Source: Squalus acanthias
Lineage: Eukaryota
Length of the DNA: 64,000 bases
Assembly: GCA_030390025.1 (NCBI GenBank)
Contig: CM059432.1
Coordinates: 142,354,001 to 142,418,000, forward strand
Direction of reading: 5' to 3'
The notes under the pieces were generated by a model. That model ran no database searches and was not told the DNA's origin. It worked only from the letters and a program-made list of their open reading frames with translations. Positions 12,522-23,544 of the stretch are shown piece by piece. The stretch's first letter is position 1. Each line of letters begins with the position of its first letter. The position numbers and the translations under genes are program-made.

Positions 12522-12793
12522 GAGAAGTCGCACAACACCAGGTTATAGTCCAACAGTTTTATTTAAAATTACAAGCTTTCGGAGCTGTTGCCCCTTCGTC
12601 AGGTAAAGGTACAATGAGGGAATCGACAGTATTACACAGTATAAAAACACAGAAAGCAATTTGTCTGCAGAGATACAATCTTTCAGGGAGGCATTACATC
12701 AAAGACACACCAGAGCACAGCCAAGACAATGAGATGGGTCACAGGGAGTCCAACGTGTCAAATCCTGCCGTCTGCAGTTGAGCTTTTAACTTT
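12522..12793 (-). mobile_element. Penelope-like retroelement terminal fragment inserted into a CR1 tail
   Basis: 11-bp TSD TTTAGAAAGTT (12511-12521 and 12794-12804); AATAAA and a hammerhead-like core on the minus strand; same terminus seen at 30737-30788. Confidence 0.6.
12569..12606 (-). ncRNA. Putative minimal type I hammerhead ribozyme
   Basis: Minus strand: TTAC-CTGACGA-A-GGGGC-AACA-GCTCC-GAAA-GCTT-GTAA (stem I TTAC/GTAA, 5-bp stem II, palindromic AAGCTT stem III). Confidence 0.55.
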
Positions 12794-13269
12794 TTTAGAA
12801 AGTTACTATTGAATCTGCTTCCTCCGCCCTTTCAGGCAGCACGTTCCAGATCAACAACAACTCGCTGATTACATTTTTTTTCCCTCTTCTTGCCTCTGGT
12901 TCTTTTACCAATCACCTTAAACCTGTGTCCTCTGGTTACCGACCAATCTCTGATCATTTTCTAGAGTTGAGAAATATAATGAAAATTGGTTAAAATGCAT
13001 CATGTTGCGATTTGGTCCTGACTTTGTCCGACTGGAGGTAGTGACCCTAGGTAAGGGAGGGCAAGTGGATTTTGGACCAGTCATTTGGGAGAAATGGGCA
13101 TGAATGAACCAGCCTTGGATTGAAAGATCACTGCGGTTCATCCTTACTAAGACCATTGAACCTGATTGATAAACAGACACGGTAAAATTATTTTATTCGG
13201 TGGCAATTCAGTTCAAAACAACAAAACATGTCGGTTACTTGCGGAATAGCCCCATTGGACTGTTAAGCA

Positions 13270-13765
13270 CCTTTGTCCTAACTCGCACCAAGTCCCGTTC
13301 TGCCCATCACCATTGTGCTCGCTGACCTACATTGGCTCCCGGTTAAGCAGCGCCTCGATTTCAAAATTCTCATCCTTGGTTTCAAATCCCTCCATGGCCT
13401 CGCCCCTTCCTATCTCTGTAATCTCCTTCAGCCCCACAATCCCCCGAGATATCTGCGCTCCTCTAATTCTGCCATCTTGAAGATCCCTGATTATAATCGC
13501 TCAACCTTTGGTGGCCGTGCCTTCTGTTGCCTAGGCCCTAAGCTCTGGAATTCCCTGCCTAAACCTCTCCGCCTCTCTACCTCTCTTTCCTCCTTTAAGA
13601 CGCTCCTGAAAACCTGCCTCTTTGACCAAGCTTTTGGTCACCTGCCCTAATTTCTCCTTATGTGGCTCGGTGTCAAATTTTTTTGTCTCAAAATACTCCT
13701 GTGCAGCGACTTGGGACGTTTTACTATGTTAAAGGCGCTATATAAATACAAGTTGTTGTTGTTTG
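13270..13765 (+). mobile_element. L2-clade LINE 3' end
   Basis: LADLHWLPVKQRLDFKIL...GGRAFCCLGPKLWNSLP; tail GGCGCTATATAAATACAAG(TTG)n. Further copies at ~25108, 35295, 41225, 43158, 48250 and 51930. Confidence 0.85.
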
Positions 13766-15306
13766 TTGGCACATTCATGGAGAAGCTAGATAAACACATG
13801 AGGGTGAAAAGAAGAGAAGGTTGTGCTGATAGGGTGAGATGAAGTAAGGTGGGAGGAGCATAAACCCACGGGCACGGGCGAGTTGGGTCGAATGACCTGT
13901 TTCTGTGCTGTACATCCTATGTCGTTTGTTTCTTCGGCACGGGAATCTCATTTTCTTCCATTGAAGCACAAATTCTACCATTTGAAAGTAAAAGAAAAAT
14001 AAATCTGAACTGAACGGTTTGAATGGAAAACCTTGGCTGGGACTTGAGGCCGTTTATGTTTCTCGAACCCAGGTACATAGCTCACGCACCGCTTGACACC
14101 ATTAATGAACACTTTGCAAGGGCAACAACAGAAGAATATCTGGCAGCAGTGCTAAACTATTTCTCCTCGCTCCGCGAGCATCTTCTGCCTACTTCTGTCT
14201 TCAGTGCTTTGGGCTGGGAGATTTCCTCGGGTCTGCTCCAGCTCCGACACTGTCACCTCGCCGTAAGTGCAGCGGGAAATCGGTTTCGTAGTTCGGGCTG
14301 AGGGGGTGGAAGCGGGAGAGGGAGCAGGTCGGGGAGGGGGGTTTCCCAGTCCAAGGTGCGCTGATCAACCAGGTGTAAAGCTCCTCCAGCCCATTGTTCC
14401 TGTCACGGTGAATGGATGGGGAGGGGGAAGCAGAGTTCTGTCGCATTCTAGAGTTCGACGGAGGAGAAACACGCTCATGAAAAATTACCTTCTAAAAGTT
14501 CCCAGTTTTTGAAAAATTACCCCTTAATTTTCTGAAAATGGAAATATGATATATCTCAATTAAAGTTGGTTCATATCCAAGATCCCTTAAGCAAGTTTGG
14601 GCATTATTTTGACAGATGAACGCTATGCTTACCAAAGTCATTTATAAACTCTGGATTGATACCAACTTTAAGATACATTGTTGCAGCGATATTCGATGTA
14701 GCTCTGGAGGTTTTTTATTTCATCGTTAGTATTCTTTATTCCGAATGATATATGCCTAAAACGACAGAGCATTTAATCGTTTAAAGAAAGAACTTCCATT
14801 TCTACAGCGCTTTTCACAACACTCAGGACGTCCCAAAGCGCTTTACAGCCAATGAAGTACTTTCGGAGTGCAGTCACTGTTGTAATGTGGGAAACACGGC
14901 AGACAATTTGCGCACAGCAAGCTCCCACGAACAGCAATGTGATAATGACCAGAGAATCTGTTTTCAGTGATGGTGGTTGAAGGCAAGGTGCAAGGCGAGA
15001 AAGTATTTGACAATTTTCTTTTCATTTTGTTTGGCGAGGGGCAAGGACCAGAGACGCTGATTGCTAATATATTACGTTGATATCACGGACAAAACATGCA
15101 GTGTTTCAGTGTGATGCATGTTACTATGTTAACTACATGTTTGTTTACAGATAAAGTAAACATGTTGCTTTTTGGATGTTTATATATGGGAAAATTAAAG
15201 GCTTTTAATAGAATTTATTTTCCCTCAAAAGCTGACAATTGAAATTTGACTAAAATTGTTTTGCAGTATAGCCTAGAACAGATTAAAAACATATATTTGT
15301 CAAGTA

Positions 15307-15669
15307 CAGGAAACTCTTTATTAACCGGCACCGACGGGACCGGCGTGGTGCCGGTTAATCAAAAAGTCCGGATAACGGAGAGTTATATCTCCCAACGTAC
15401 GAGAGCCCCGTACACATTGACATGCGCCTGCATTCGGAGCTCCGTCTCCCCGGGGACCGCCAGCTGACCATCTGTCGTGTCCGCTGCCTACCCGGGCTGC
15501 ACATTCCCCTCCCAATCTACACGCTCCGATACAAGGCAAACGCCTCGGGGTTTTTTTTAAGTTAATTTTAAACGAGAGATGAAGGAAAACCCCGGTTACC
15601 TACTCAAGAATTTTGCTGGTTAAGAGAGATTTCCGGATATTTAGGTGCAAGTTAATAAAGAGTTTCCTG
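15307..15669. mobile_element. Tc1/mariner (Tigger/pogo-like) MITE
   Basis: Perfect 19-bp TIR CAGGAAACTCTTTATTAAC / GTTAATAAAGAGTTTCCTG with TA on both sides. Confidence 0.85.
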
Positions 15670-15780
15670 TACTATAATGGCATTGCCAATTATTTTCTTC
15701 AATTTCATTTTAGGGGTTATTTATGTTTTTGTTTTTAAAACTCTTCAGCTTTTTCAGGCTATCCTGGCTTTCCTGACCCT

Positions 15781-17225
15781 CATTACAGGCTTTCGATCAA
15801 CTACCAGTGCAGGCTCCACATTATAGGCTTTCACTGTAATACCAGTGCAGGCCCCACATTACAGGCTTTCACTGTAATACCAGTGCAGGCCTCTCATTAC
15901 AGGCTTTCACTGTAATACCAGTGCAGGCCTCTCATTACAGGCTTTCACTGTAATACCAGTGCAGGCCTCTCATTACAGGCTTTCATTGTAGTACCAGTGC
16001 AGGCCTCTCATTACAGGCTTTCATTGTAGTACCAGTGCAGGCCCCACATTACTGGCTTTCACTGTATAACCACTGTAGGCCTCACATTACTGGCTTTCAC
16101 TGTAATACCAGTGTAGGCCTCTCATTACTGGCTTTCACTGTAGGACCAGTGTAGGCCTCACATTACAGACTTTCACTGTAATACCAGTGCAAGCCCCTCA
16201 TTACAGGCTTTCACTGTAATATAAGTGCAGGCCTCTCATTACAGGCTTTCACTGTAGTACCAGTGCAGGCCTCTCATTACAGGCTTTCACTGTAATACCA
16301 GTGCAGGCCCCTCATTACAGGCTTTCACTGTATACCAGTGCAGGCCTCTCATTACAGGCTTTCACTGTAATATTAGTGCAGGCCCCTCATTACTGGATTT
16401 CACTGTAATACCAGTGCAGGCCTCTCATTACAGGCTTTCACTGTAACACCAGTGCAGGCCCATCATTACTGGATTTCACTGTAATACCAGTGCAGGCCTC
16501 TCATTACAGGCTTTCACTGTAACACCAGTGCAGGCCCATCATTACTGGATTTCACTGTAATACCAGTGCAGGCCTCTCATTACAGGCTTTCACTGTAATA
16601 CCAGTGCAGGCCCCTCATTACAGGCTTTCACTGTAATACCAGTGCAGGCCTCTCATTACAAGCTTTCACTGTAGTACCAGGGCAGGCCTTTCATTACAGG
16701 CTTTCACTGTAGTACCAGTGCAGGCCTCTCATTACAGGCTTTCACTGTAATACCAGTGCAGGCCCCTCATTACTGGATTTCACTGTAATACCAGTGCAGG
16801 CCTCTCATTACAGGCTTTCACTGTAACACCAGTGCAGGCCCATCATTACTGGATTTCACTGTAATACCAGTGCAGGCCTCTCATTACAGGCTTTCACTGT
16901 AATACCAGTGCAGGCCCCTCATTACAGGCTTTCACTGTAATACCAGTGCAGGCCTCTCATTACAAGCTTTCACTGTAGTACCAGGGCAGGCCTTTCATTA
17001 CAGGCTTTCACTGTAGTACCAGTGCAGGCCTCTCATTACAGGCTTTCACTGTAATACCAGTGCAGGCCTCTCATTACAGGCTTTCACTGTAGTACCAGTG
17101 CAGGCCTCTCATTACAGGTTTTCACTGTAATACCAGTGCAGGCCTCTCATTACAGGCTTTCACTGTAATACCACTGTAGGCCTCGCATTACAGGCTTTCA
17201 CTGTAATACCAGTGCAGGCCTCTCA
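15781..17225. repeat. 38-bp minisatellite, ~38 copies
   Basis: Unit CATTACAGGCTTTCACTGTAATACCAGTGCAGGCCTCT, head to tail, no spacers. Confidence 0.97.
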
Positions 17226-17344
17226 GCCCCTCCTGGTTCAAGGAGGTGCTGCAGCTTCCATTTGACATTGCTCAGATTGGTAATTCAGAGAATTGGTTAT
17301 TAAGCAGCATTTTTCCCCTCTGTGGCACTGCCTTGGACCAATTC

Positions 17345-18797
17345 TAAAATGTAACCCCCCTATTTAAGAAAGGAGGGAGACAGAAAGCAGGAAACTATAG
17401 ACCAGTTAGCCTAACATCTGTCGTTGGGAAAATGCCTGAGTCCATCATTAAGGAAGTAGTAGCAGGACATTTAGAAAATCATAATACAGTCAAGCAGAGC
17501 CAGCATGGTTTTATGAAAGGGAAATCATGTTTGACAAAGTTGCTGGAGTCCTTCGCGGCTGTAACGAGCAGGGTGGATAAAGGGGAACCAGTAGATGTAG
17601 TGTATTCGGATTTCCAAAGGCATTCGATAAGGTGCCACATAAAAGGTTACTGCACAAGATAAGAGCTCACGGGGTTGGGGGTAATATATTCGCATGGATA
17701 GAGGATTGGCTAACTAACAGAAAACAGAGAGTCGGGATAAATTGGTCATTTTCCGGTTGGCAAACTGTAACTAGTGGGGTGCCACAGGGATCAGTGCTGG
17801 GGCCTCAACTATTTACAATCTATATTAATGACTTGGATGAAGGGACCGAGTGTAATGTAGCCAAATTTGCTGATGATACAAAGATAGGTGGGAAAGTAAG
17901 TTGTGAAGAGGACACAAAGAATCTGCAAAGGGATATAGATAGGCTACGTGAGTGGGCAAAATATATTGTGGGAAAATGTGAGGTTATCCACTTCGGTAGG
18001 AAAAATAAAAAAGCAAATTATTATTTAAATGGAGAGAGATTACAAAATGCTGCAGTACAGAGGGATCTGGGGGTCCTCGTACATGAAACACAGAAAGTTA
18101 GCATGCAGGTACAGCAAGTAATTAGGAAGGCAAATGGAATGTTGGCCTTTATTGCAAAGGGAATGGAGTATAAAAGCAGGGAAGTCCTGCTACAACTGTA
18201 CAGGGTATTGGTGAGACCACACCTGGAGTACTGCGTGCAGTTTTGGTCTCCTTATTTAAGGAGGGATGTACTTGCATTGGAGGCAGTTAGGAGAAGGTTC
18301 ACTAGGTTAATTCCTGAGATGAGGGGCTGTCTTATGAGGAAAGGTTGAGCAGGTTGGGCCTAAACTCATTGGAATTTAGAAGAATGAGAGGTGATCTTAT
18401 TGAAACATATAAGAGGCTGAGGGGGCTCGACAAGGTAGATGCTGAGAGGATGTTTCCCCTCGTGGGGGAATCTAGAACTAGGGGGCATAGTTTCAGAATA
18501 AGGGGTCGCCCATTTAAAAGGGAGATGAGGAGGAATTTCTTCTCTCTGAGGGTCGTGAATCTTTGGAATTCTCTTCCCCAGAGAGCTGTGGAGGCTGGGT
18601 CATTGAATATATTTAAGGTGGAGATAGACAGATTTTTGAAAGGTAAGGGAGTCGAGGGTTATGGGGAGCGGGCAGGGAAGTGGAGTTGAGGCCAAGATCA
18701 GATCAGCCATGATCTTATTGAATGGCGGAGCAGGCTCGAGGGGCCACATGACCTACTCCTGCTCCTATTTCTTATGTTTTTATGTTCTTATGTTCTA
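17345..18797 (+). mobile_element. CR1 LINE, 5'-truncated (RT domain + 3' UTR), frameshifted
   Basis: [30 protein letters not shown]; (TTCTTATG)n tail. Confidence 0.93.
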
Positions 18798-19314
18798 AAC
18801 GCAGATTTTTGATATGTTGGCTCTTCCCACATGTGTCGTGCAATGGAAGTGCTCTTTCTAACATTGAGGTGGTGAGGTTAATGTGCCTTTATTCTTGTAT
18901 TGCTCAATATCCATCCAGTGTCTTATTAAGAATTCTTCGGGCTCCTCCACAGCCTCCACACAATCCATGCCCCCCCACCCCCCGCCGCCCCGCCCCGACC
19001 CGATCTAATAAAACACAAAGGTGTAGTGAAATGCATGAAGAAATGGGCGTGCAGAATACTTGCACACTGCATCAATAATGCAAATCATATCACAATATAT
19101 TCCATTTAAACAAAACATGTTTGCATGGGGCCCTGAGTGAAATTGCCCCTGCTTCCATCCACTGCCAGTAGGTTGGGTGGGCTGCAAATTGTGCAAACTA
19201 ATCTCCGTGCCCAATATTCCGATCAGCTTTCCTGTCACCTGTAACTTGCAATGATGTCTAAAGTCTCAAATCTGCCCCACAGTAAATTGAGTCTTCATCC
19301 AAGCATAAAGCTTC

Positions 19315-19870
19315 ATTGTGTGCAATTTTGGTCGCCTTATCTGAGGAAGGAGGTTCTTGCCATGGAGGGAGTGCAGCGAAGATTCACCAGGCTGATACCT
19401 GGGATGGCAGGAATGACGTATGAGGAGAGATTGGGTCGATTGGGCTTATACTCGCTGGAGTTTAGAAGAATGAGAGGGGATCTCATTGAAACTAATAAAA
19501 TTCTAACAGGACTAGACAGACTAGATGCAGGAAGGATGTTCCCGATGGCCGGGGAGTCCAGAACCAGGGGTCACAGTCTAAGGATAAGGGGTAAGCCATT
19601 TAGGACAGAGATGAGGAGGAATTTCTTCACCCAAAGAGTGGTGAACCTGTGGAATTCTCTACCACACAAGGCAGTTGAGGCCAACTCATTAAATATATTC
19701 AAGAAGGAGTTAGATATATTTCTTAAGGCTAAAGGGATCAAGGGATATGGGGAGAAGGCAGGGACAGGGTATTGAATTTGGATGATCAGCCATGATCTCA
19801 TTGAATGGCGGAGCAAGCTCGAGGGGCCAAATGGCCTACTCCTGCTCCTATCTTCTATGATTCTATGATT
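19315..19870 (+). mobile_element. CR1 LINE 3' end
   Basis: CVQFWSPYLRK...RRMRGDLIE; CR1 3' UTR with (TTCTATGA)n tail. Confidence 0.88.
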
Positions 19871-20336
19871 CATATTAGATTAGTGTTATCAGCGCTGCAC
19901 TGTCGGATGCGCTGTCTCTCAGGTGGACATAAAAGATCCCATGCACTATTTCGAAGAAGAGCAGGGGAGCTCTCCCCGGTGTCCTGGGGCCAATATTTAT
20001 CCCTCAACCCACATCACTAAAGCAGATTATCTGGTCATTTATCTCATTGCTGTTTGTGGGAGCTTGCTGTGCACAAATTGGCTGCTGCGTTTCCTACATT
20101 GCAACAGTGACTACACTTCAAAGGTAATTCATTGGCTGTAAAGCGCTTTGGGATGCCCTAAGGTCGGGAAAGGTGCTGTAGAAATGCAAGTTCTTTCTTT
20201 CTGTTGACCTTATGGTTTACTGCACAATGGCCTGTTTCTGTGCTGTACATGCTATGTATGAACGCTTGGTAACCTCATTGAACCCAGAGATTTGCTGTGG
20301 TTTCCCTGCCCCCCCGCCCATCCTCCACCCTCTCAG

Positions 20337-20569
20337 CTTTCTGGAGCAGAAACTTCTGGAATTGGAAGGCCGGCATAAAGACGAGATGGAGACGCTGAGG
20401 CAGGAGAAGAGCAGCCTCCAGGAACTGGTGCTCCGTCAGAGCCGCGTTATCGATGAGCTGGAGGGACGGCTGAACCGGGCCACCGTCAACAACACCAGCC
20501 TGCAGAAGCAGCAGCGGGAGCTGTCGGAGACGGTTCACGATCTCCTCAAACTGGTCTCGCCAGCAGGAG
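20337..20569 (+). CDS. Angiopoietin-family gene, exon 4 equivalent (coiled-coil)
   Basis: ctcag|C...GGAG|gtgag; 233 nt, phase 2 to phase 1; (S)FLEQKLLELEGRHKDEMETLRQEK...LNRATVNNTSLQKQQRELSETVHDLLKLVSPAG; in frame with the previous exon. Confidence 0.95.
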
Positions 20570-20740
20570 GTGAGAGATGGGTCTAAGTCATTAATTGCTA
20601 TTAATAAAGCGAATGGTTCCGCAAAGGAAAAGAGCTGAGTCTGGAGAGATTGTTGGGGAGGAACTTTCAACCAATCTGGTGGAGTGGAACCATGTCCCCC
20701 GTCTTTTCCATTGTCGAACTTGCCCCATTTTCAACCCATT

Positions 20741-21505
20741 GGGCTGGATTTTCATAGGGCCGTGGAGGCGGGTTTGGAGGCGTGTGGGGGGTTAAAATTG
20801 CGAAAAGTGGCGGGCGGATCTGATCCCGACTCCATTCCACCTCCACGCAATTTTGATAAAATCGTGTGCGGTGTTCCCGACTCCGTCCCGCCTCCAAGAG
20901 GCAGGAGAGGCCATTAAAGCCCTTAACAAGCCCTAAATTGGCTCTGTAATGCCATTTTGAAACGTTTTAGCTAGTTTAACCCTTTTCTGACGTGAAGCAC
21001 GCCTGATGTGAAACACGCCAGTGAAACCTGGCGGGAGCACAAGTGGATAGCTGACTATCAGCTGCAGGTCCACTATTACAACGGAGATGTGATGAAGGTA
21101 GTAGTAGTATTAGGTCTGAAAGTCGCCTCTGATGCTGCTGCATTGAATGTCTTCAGAGACTGCCTGGCCTTTGCTGTGAGAGGACCTGGATGCAAAAAAA
21201 AATTCTCTCTCTCTCTCTCTCTCTCTGATGCTGCTCATTTTGCATCCAGGTCCTCTCACGGCAAAGGCCAGGCAGTCTCTGAGACCAGGCAGTCTCTGAC
21301 CTGCAATGCAGCAGCAATGATGACATCATCAGAGGCAACTTTCAGACTGAAACCACTAATTGGTTCATGGGTTCCCACATGCTGGAACTCAATTGCCCAA
21401 TTAGGTGAAAATTGCATCAATCTCCCACATCAAATTGCAGTCGGGTGGATAACACGAATTGCGGATGACACGACCCCAACCCGCCCCAGTATCAAAATCC
21501 AGCCC
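20741..21505 (+). mobile_element. PIF/Harbinger-type MITE (copy A)
   Basis: TIR GGGCTGGATTTT / AAAATCCAGCCC; 3-bp TSD ATT; inverted homolog at 56404-57064. Orientation is arbitrary. Confidence 0.85.
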
Positions 21506-21539
21506 ATTGACTTCAGTCAGATGGAAATCAGGTGAAAAC

Positions 21540-22010
21540 AAGGATGATACCAGAACTGCGAGGTGATACCTATCAGGAAAGGGACGAACAGGCTTGGGTC
21601 TCTTTTCTCTGGAAAAGGGAGGGCTGAGGGGTGACCGGACAGAGGTCTTTAAAATTCTGAAAGGTTTTGATAGAGTAGACACAGTAAGAGTGTTTCCACT
21701 TGTGGGGAAGAGCAAATCTAGAGGCCATCAATATAAGATAGTCACCAAGAAATCCAATAGGGAGTTCAGGAGAAACCTCTTCACCCAGAGAGTGGTGTGA
21801 ATGTGGAACTCGCTACCACAGGGAGTGGTTGAAGCGAATAGTATAGATGCATTTAAGGGCAGACTTGATAAACACATGAGGGAGAAGGGAATAGAGGGAT
21901 ATGCTGATAGTGTTAGATGAGGAAGGATGGGAGGAGGCTTGGGTGGAACATAAACACCAGCCTGGCCTGGTTGGGCCAAATGGCCTGTTCCTGTGCTGTA
22001 ATTCTATCTG
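21540..22010 (+). mobile_element. CR1 LINE 3' fragment
   Basis: GLFSLEKGGLRGDRTEVFKILKGFDRV motif; same subfamily as the end of 30360-32740. Confidence 0.8.
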
Positions 22011-22424
22011 CGCAATTCTAAAACGATTCCCCCTATTTCTTTATTTATTCAAATTACTTTTTATTCCCTTCCTCCCGTGTGAATGCCCTGCAGCTCACGT
22101 CATTCCCAGCTGAGAGACAAAGGCAGTTGACTCCCTTGGAGACCTCTGCCAATTCATCTCTACAGCCAGTTGCTAGGGAATAAGCAGGTGCTCCCTGGTT
22201 TCCCGTCTCTGTGGTGAAGAACTTGGCTTCTCCTTTGGAGCTTCTCCTTGCTGTAGAGAAACGTGAAACCAACCCTTCCACACTGAATATTAAGGTAGAC
22301 TCCAGAAGAAACAAAAAAGCCACGTGGGAAGCATTTTGTGATATTATTCTACTGATATTCCTCATTCAGCTTGCGTTTATACAACGTCTTTCACGACCTC
22401 AGCACGTCCCAAAGCTCTTTCCAT

Positions 22425-22850
22425 CCAGAAGGTCAGATGGTCGTGTGTTCAAGCCCCACTCCAGAGACTTGAGCACATGATCCAGGCTGACACTCCCAGT
22501 GCGGTACTGAGGGAGCGCTGCACTGTCGGAGGTGCCGTCTTTCAGACAGGATGTTCAACCGAGGCCCCGTCTTCCCTCTCAGGTGGACATAAAAGATCCC
22601 ATGACCACTATTTTGAAGAAGAGCAGGGGGAGTTCTCCCCAGTGCCCTGGACCAATATTTATCCCTCAACCAACATCACTAAAAACTGATTATCTGATCA
22701 TTATCACATTGCTGTGCGCAAATTGGCTGCCGCGACTCCTACGTTACAAAAGTGACTACACGTCAAAAAAGTGCTTCATTGCCTGGAAAGCTCTTTGGGG
22801 ATCTCTGAGGTTGTGAAAGGTGCTATATAAATGCAAGCTCTTTCTTTGTG
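22425..22850 (+). mobile_element. SacSINE1-like DeuSINE
   Basis: Deu-like core and ATAAATGCAAG tail. Confidence 0.75.
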
Positions 22851-23155
22851 GCCTTCAGCGTGGAGATGTGATCACTGGTGTGCACCCCCCTAACCCTCTG
22901 CCTCCTGTAGCTGAGCAAGAATCTGGCGCAGGATCTACAAGCTGCTGGGAGGGCATCAGATGGCACTTTGTTTTTTTGTACTGTACAGCCTTGCATACCT
23001 GACTTGGAATTCTGAAAAACTCCCAAGAAATGATTACGTCAGAGTTATTTATACAATGGTTTCAATCCATCCACCCCCTCCTCTGACGTGCTATCTCATT
23101 ACGGTTCGAGCTGTCAATATGGGGAAAATGTTAGGAGTGAATTTTAGGATCAATG

Positions 23156-23544
23156 CAGTGTTGCCAACTCTGGCTGGACATGTTCCTGGAGGTTTCGTCA
23201 CATGACCTCCTGCCTCCAACCGCCCCGCCCCCACACTCCCGCCATTGGTCGCCTGACACGCCCAATCCCGCGGCGCCCCGCCTTCCCACAGCCAATCGGA
23301 AAGTTGACAGACTCTTTGTTACCTGATTGGATGATTGACTGTCAGTCAAACAGCCTTTTCTCCCCCCCAATATCCAATATTTTTATAACTAATAAACAAG
23401 TGTTTAAATAAAAAAAATTTAAATCCATTTTTTTTTTAAACGCCCAATGATTTTTCTCCCGGGTGTTGCTCTCCGCAGTGTCCTGGAGATTAATCTTTAA
23501 TTCCTGGAGACTCCAGGCCAATCCTGGAGGGTTGGCAACCCCGA
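23156..23544. mobile_element. hAT-superfamily MITE
   Basis: Imperfect TIR (CAGT)GTTGCCAAC...GTTGGCAAC(CCCGA); exact 8-bp TSD GATCAATG at 23148-23155 and 23545-23552. Confidence 0.8.

Noticed and set aside
15781..17225. CRISPR-like array (38-bp palindromic repeat)
   Set aside because: Units are head to tail with no unique spacers, there are no cas genes, and the context is a vertebrate intron. The same applies to the 44-bp array.
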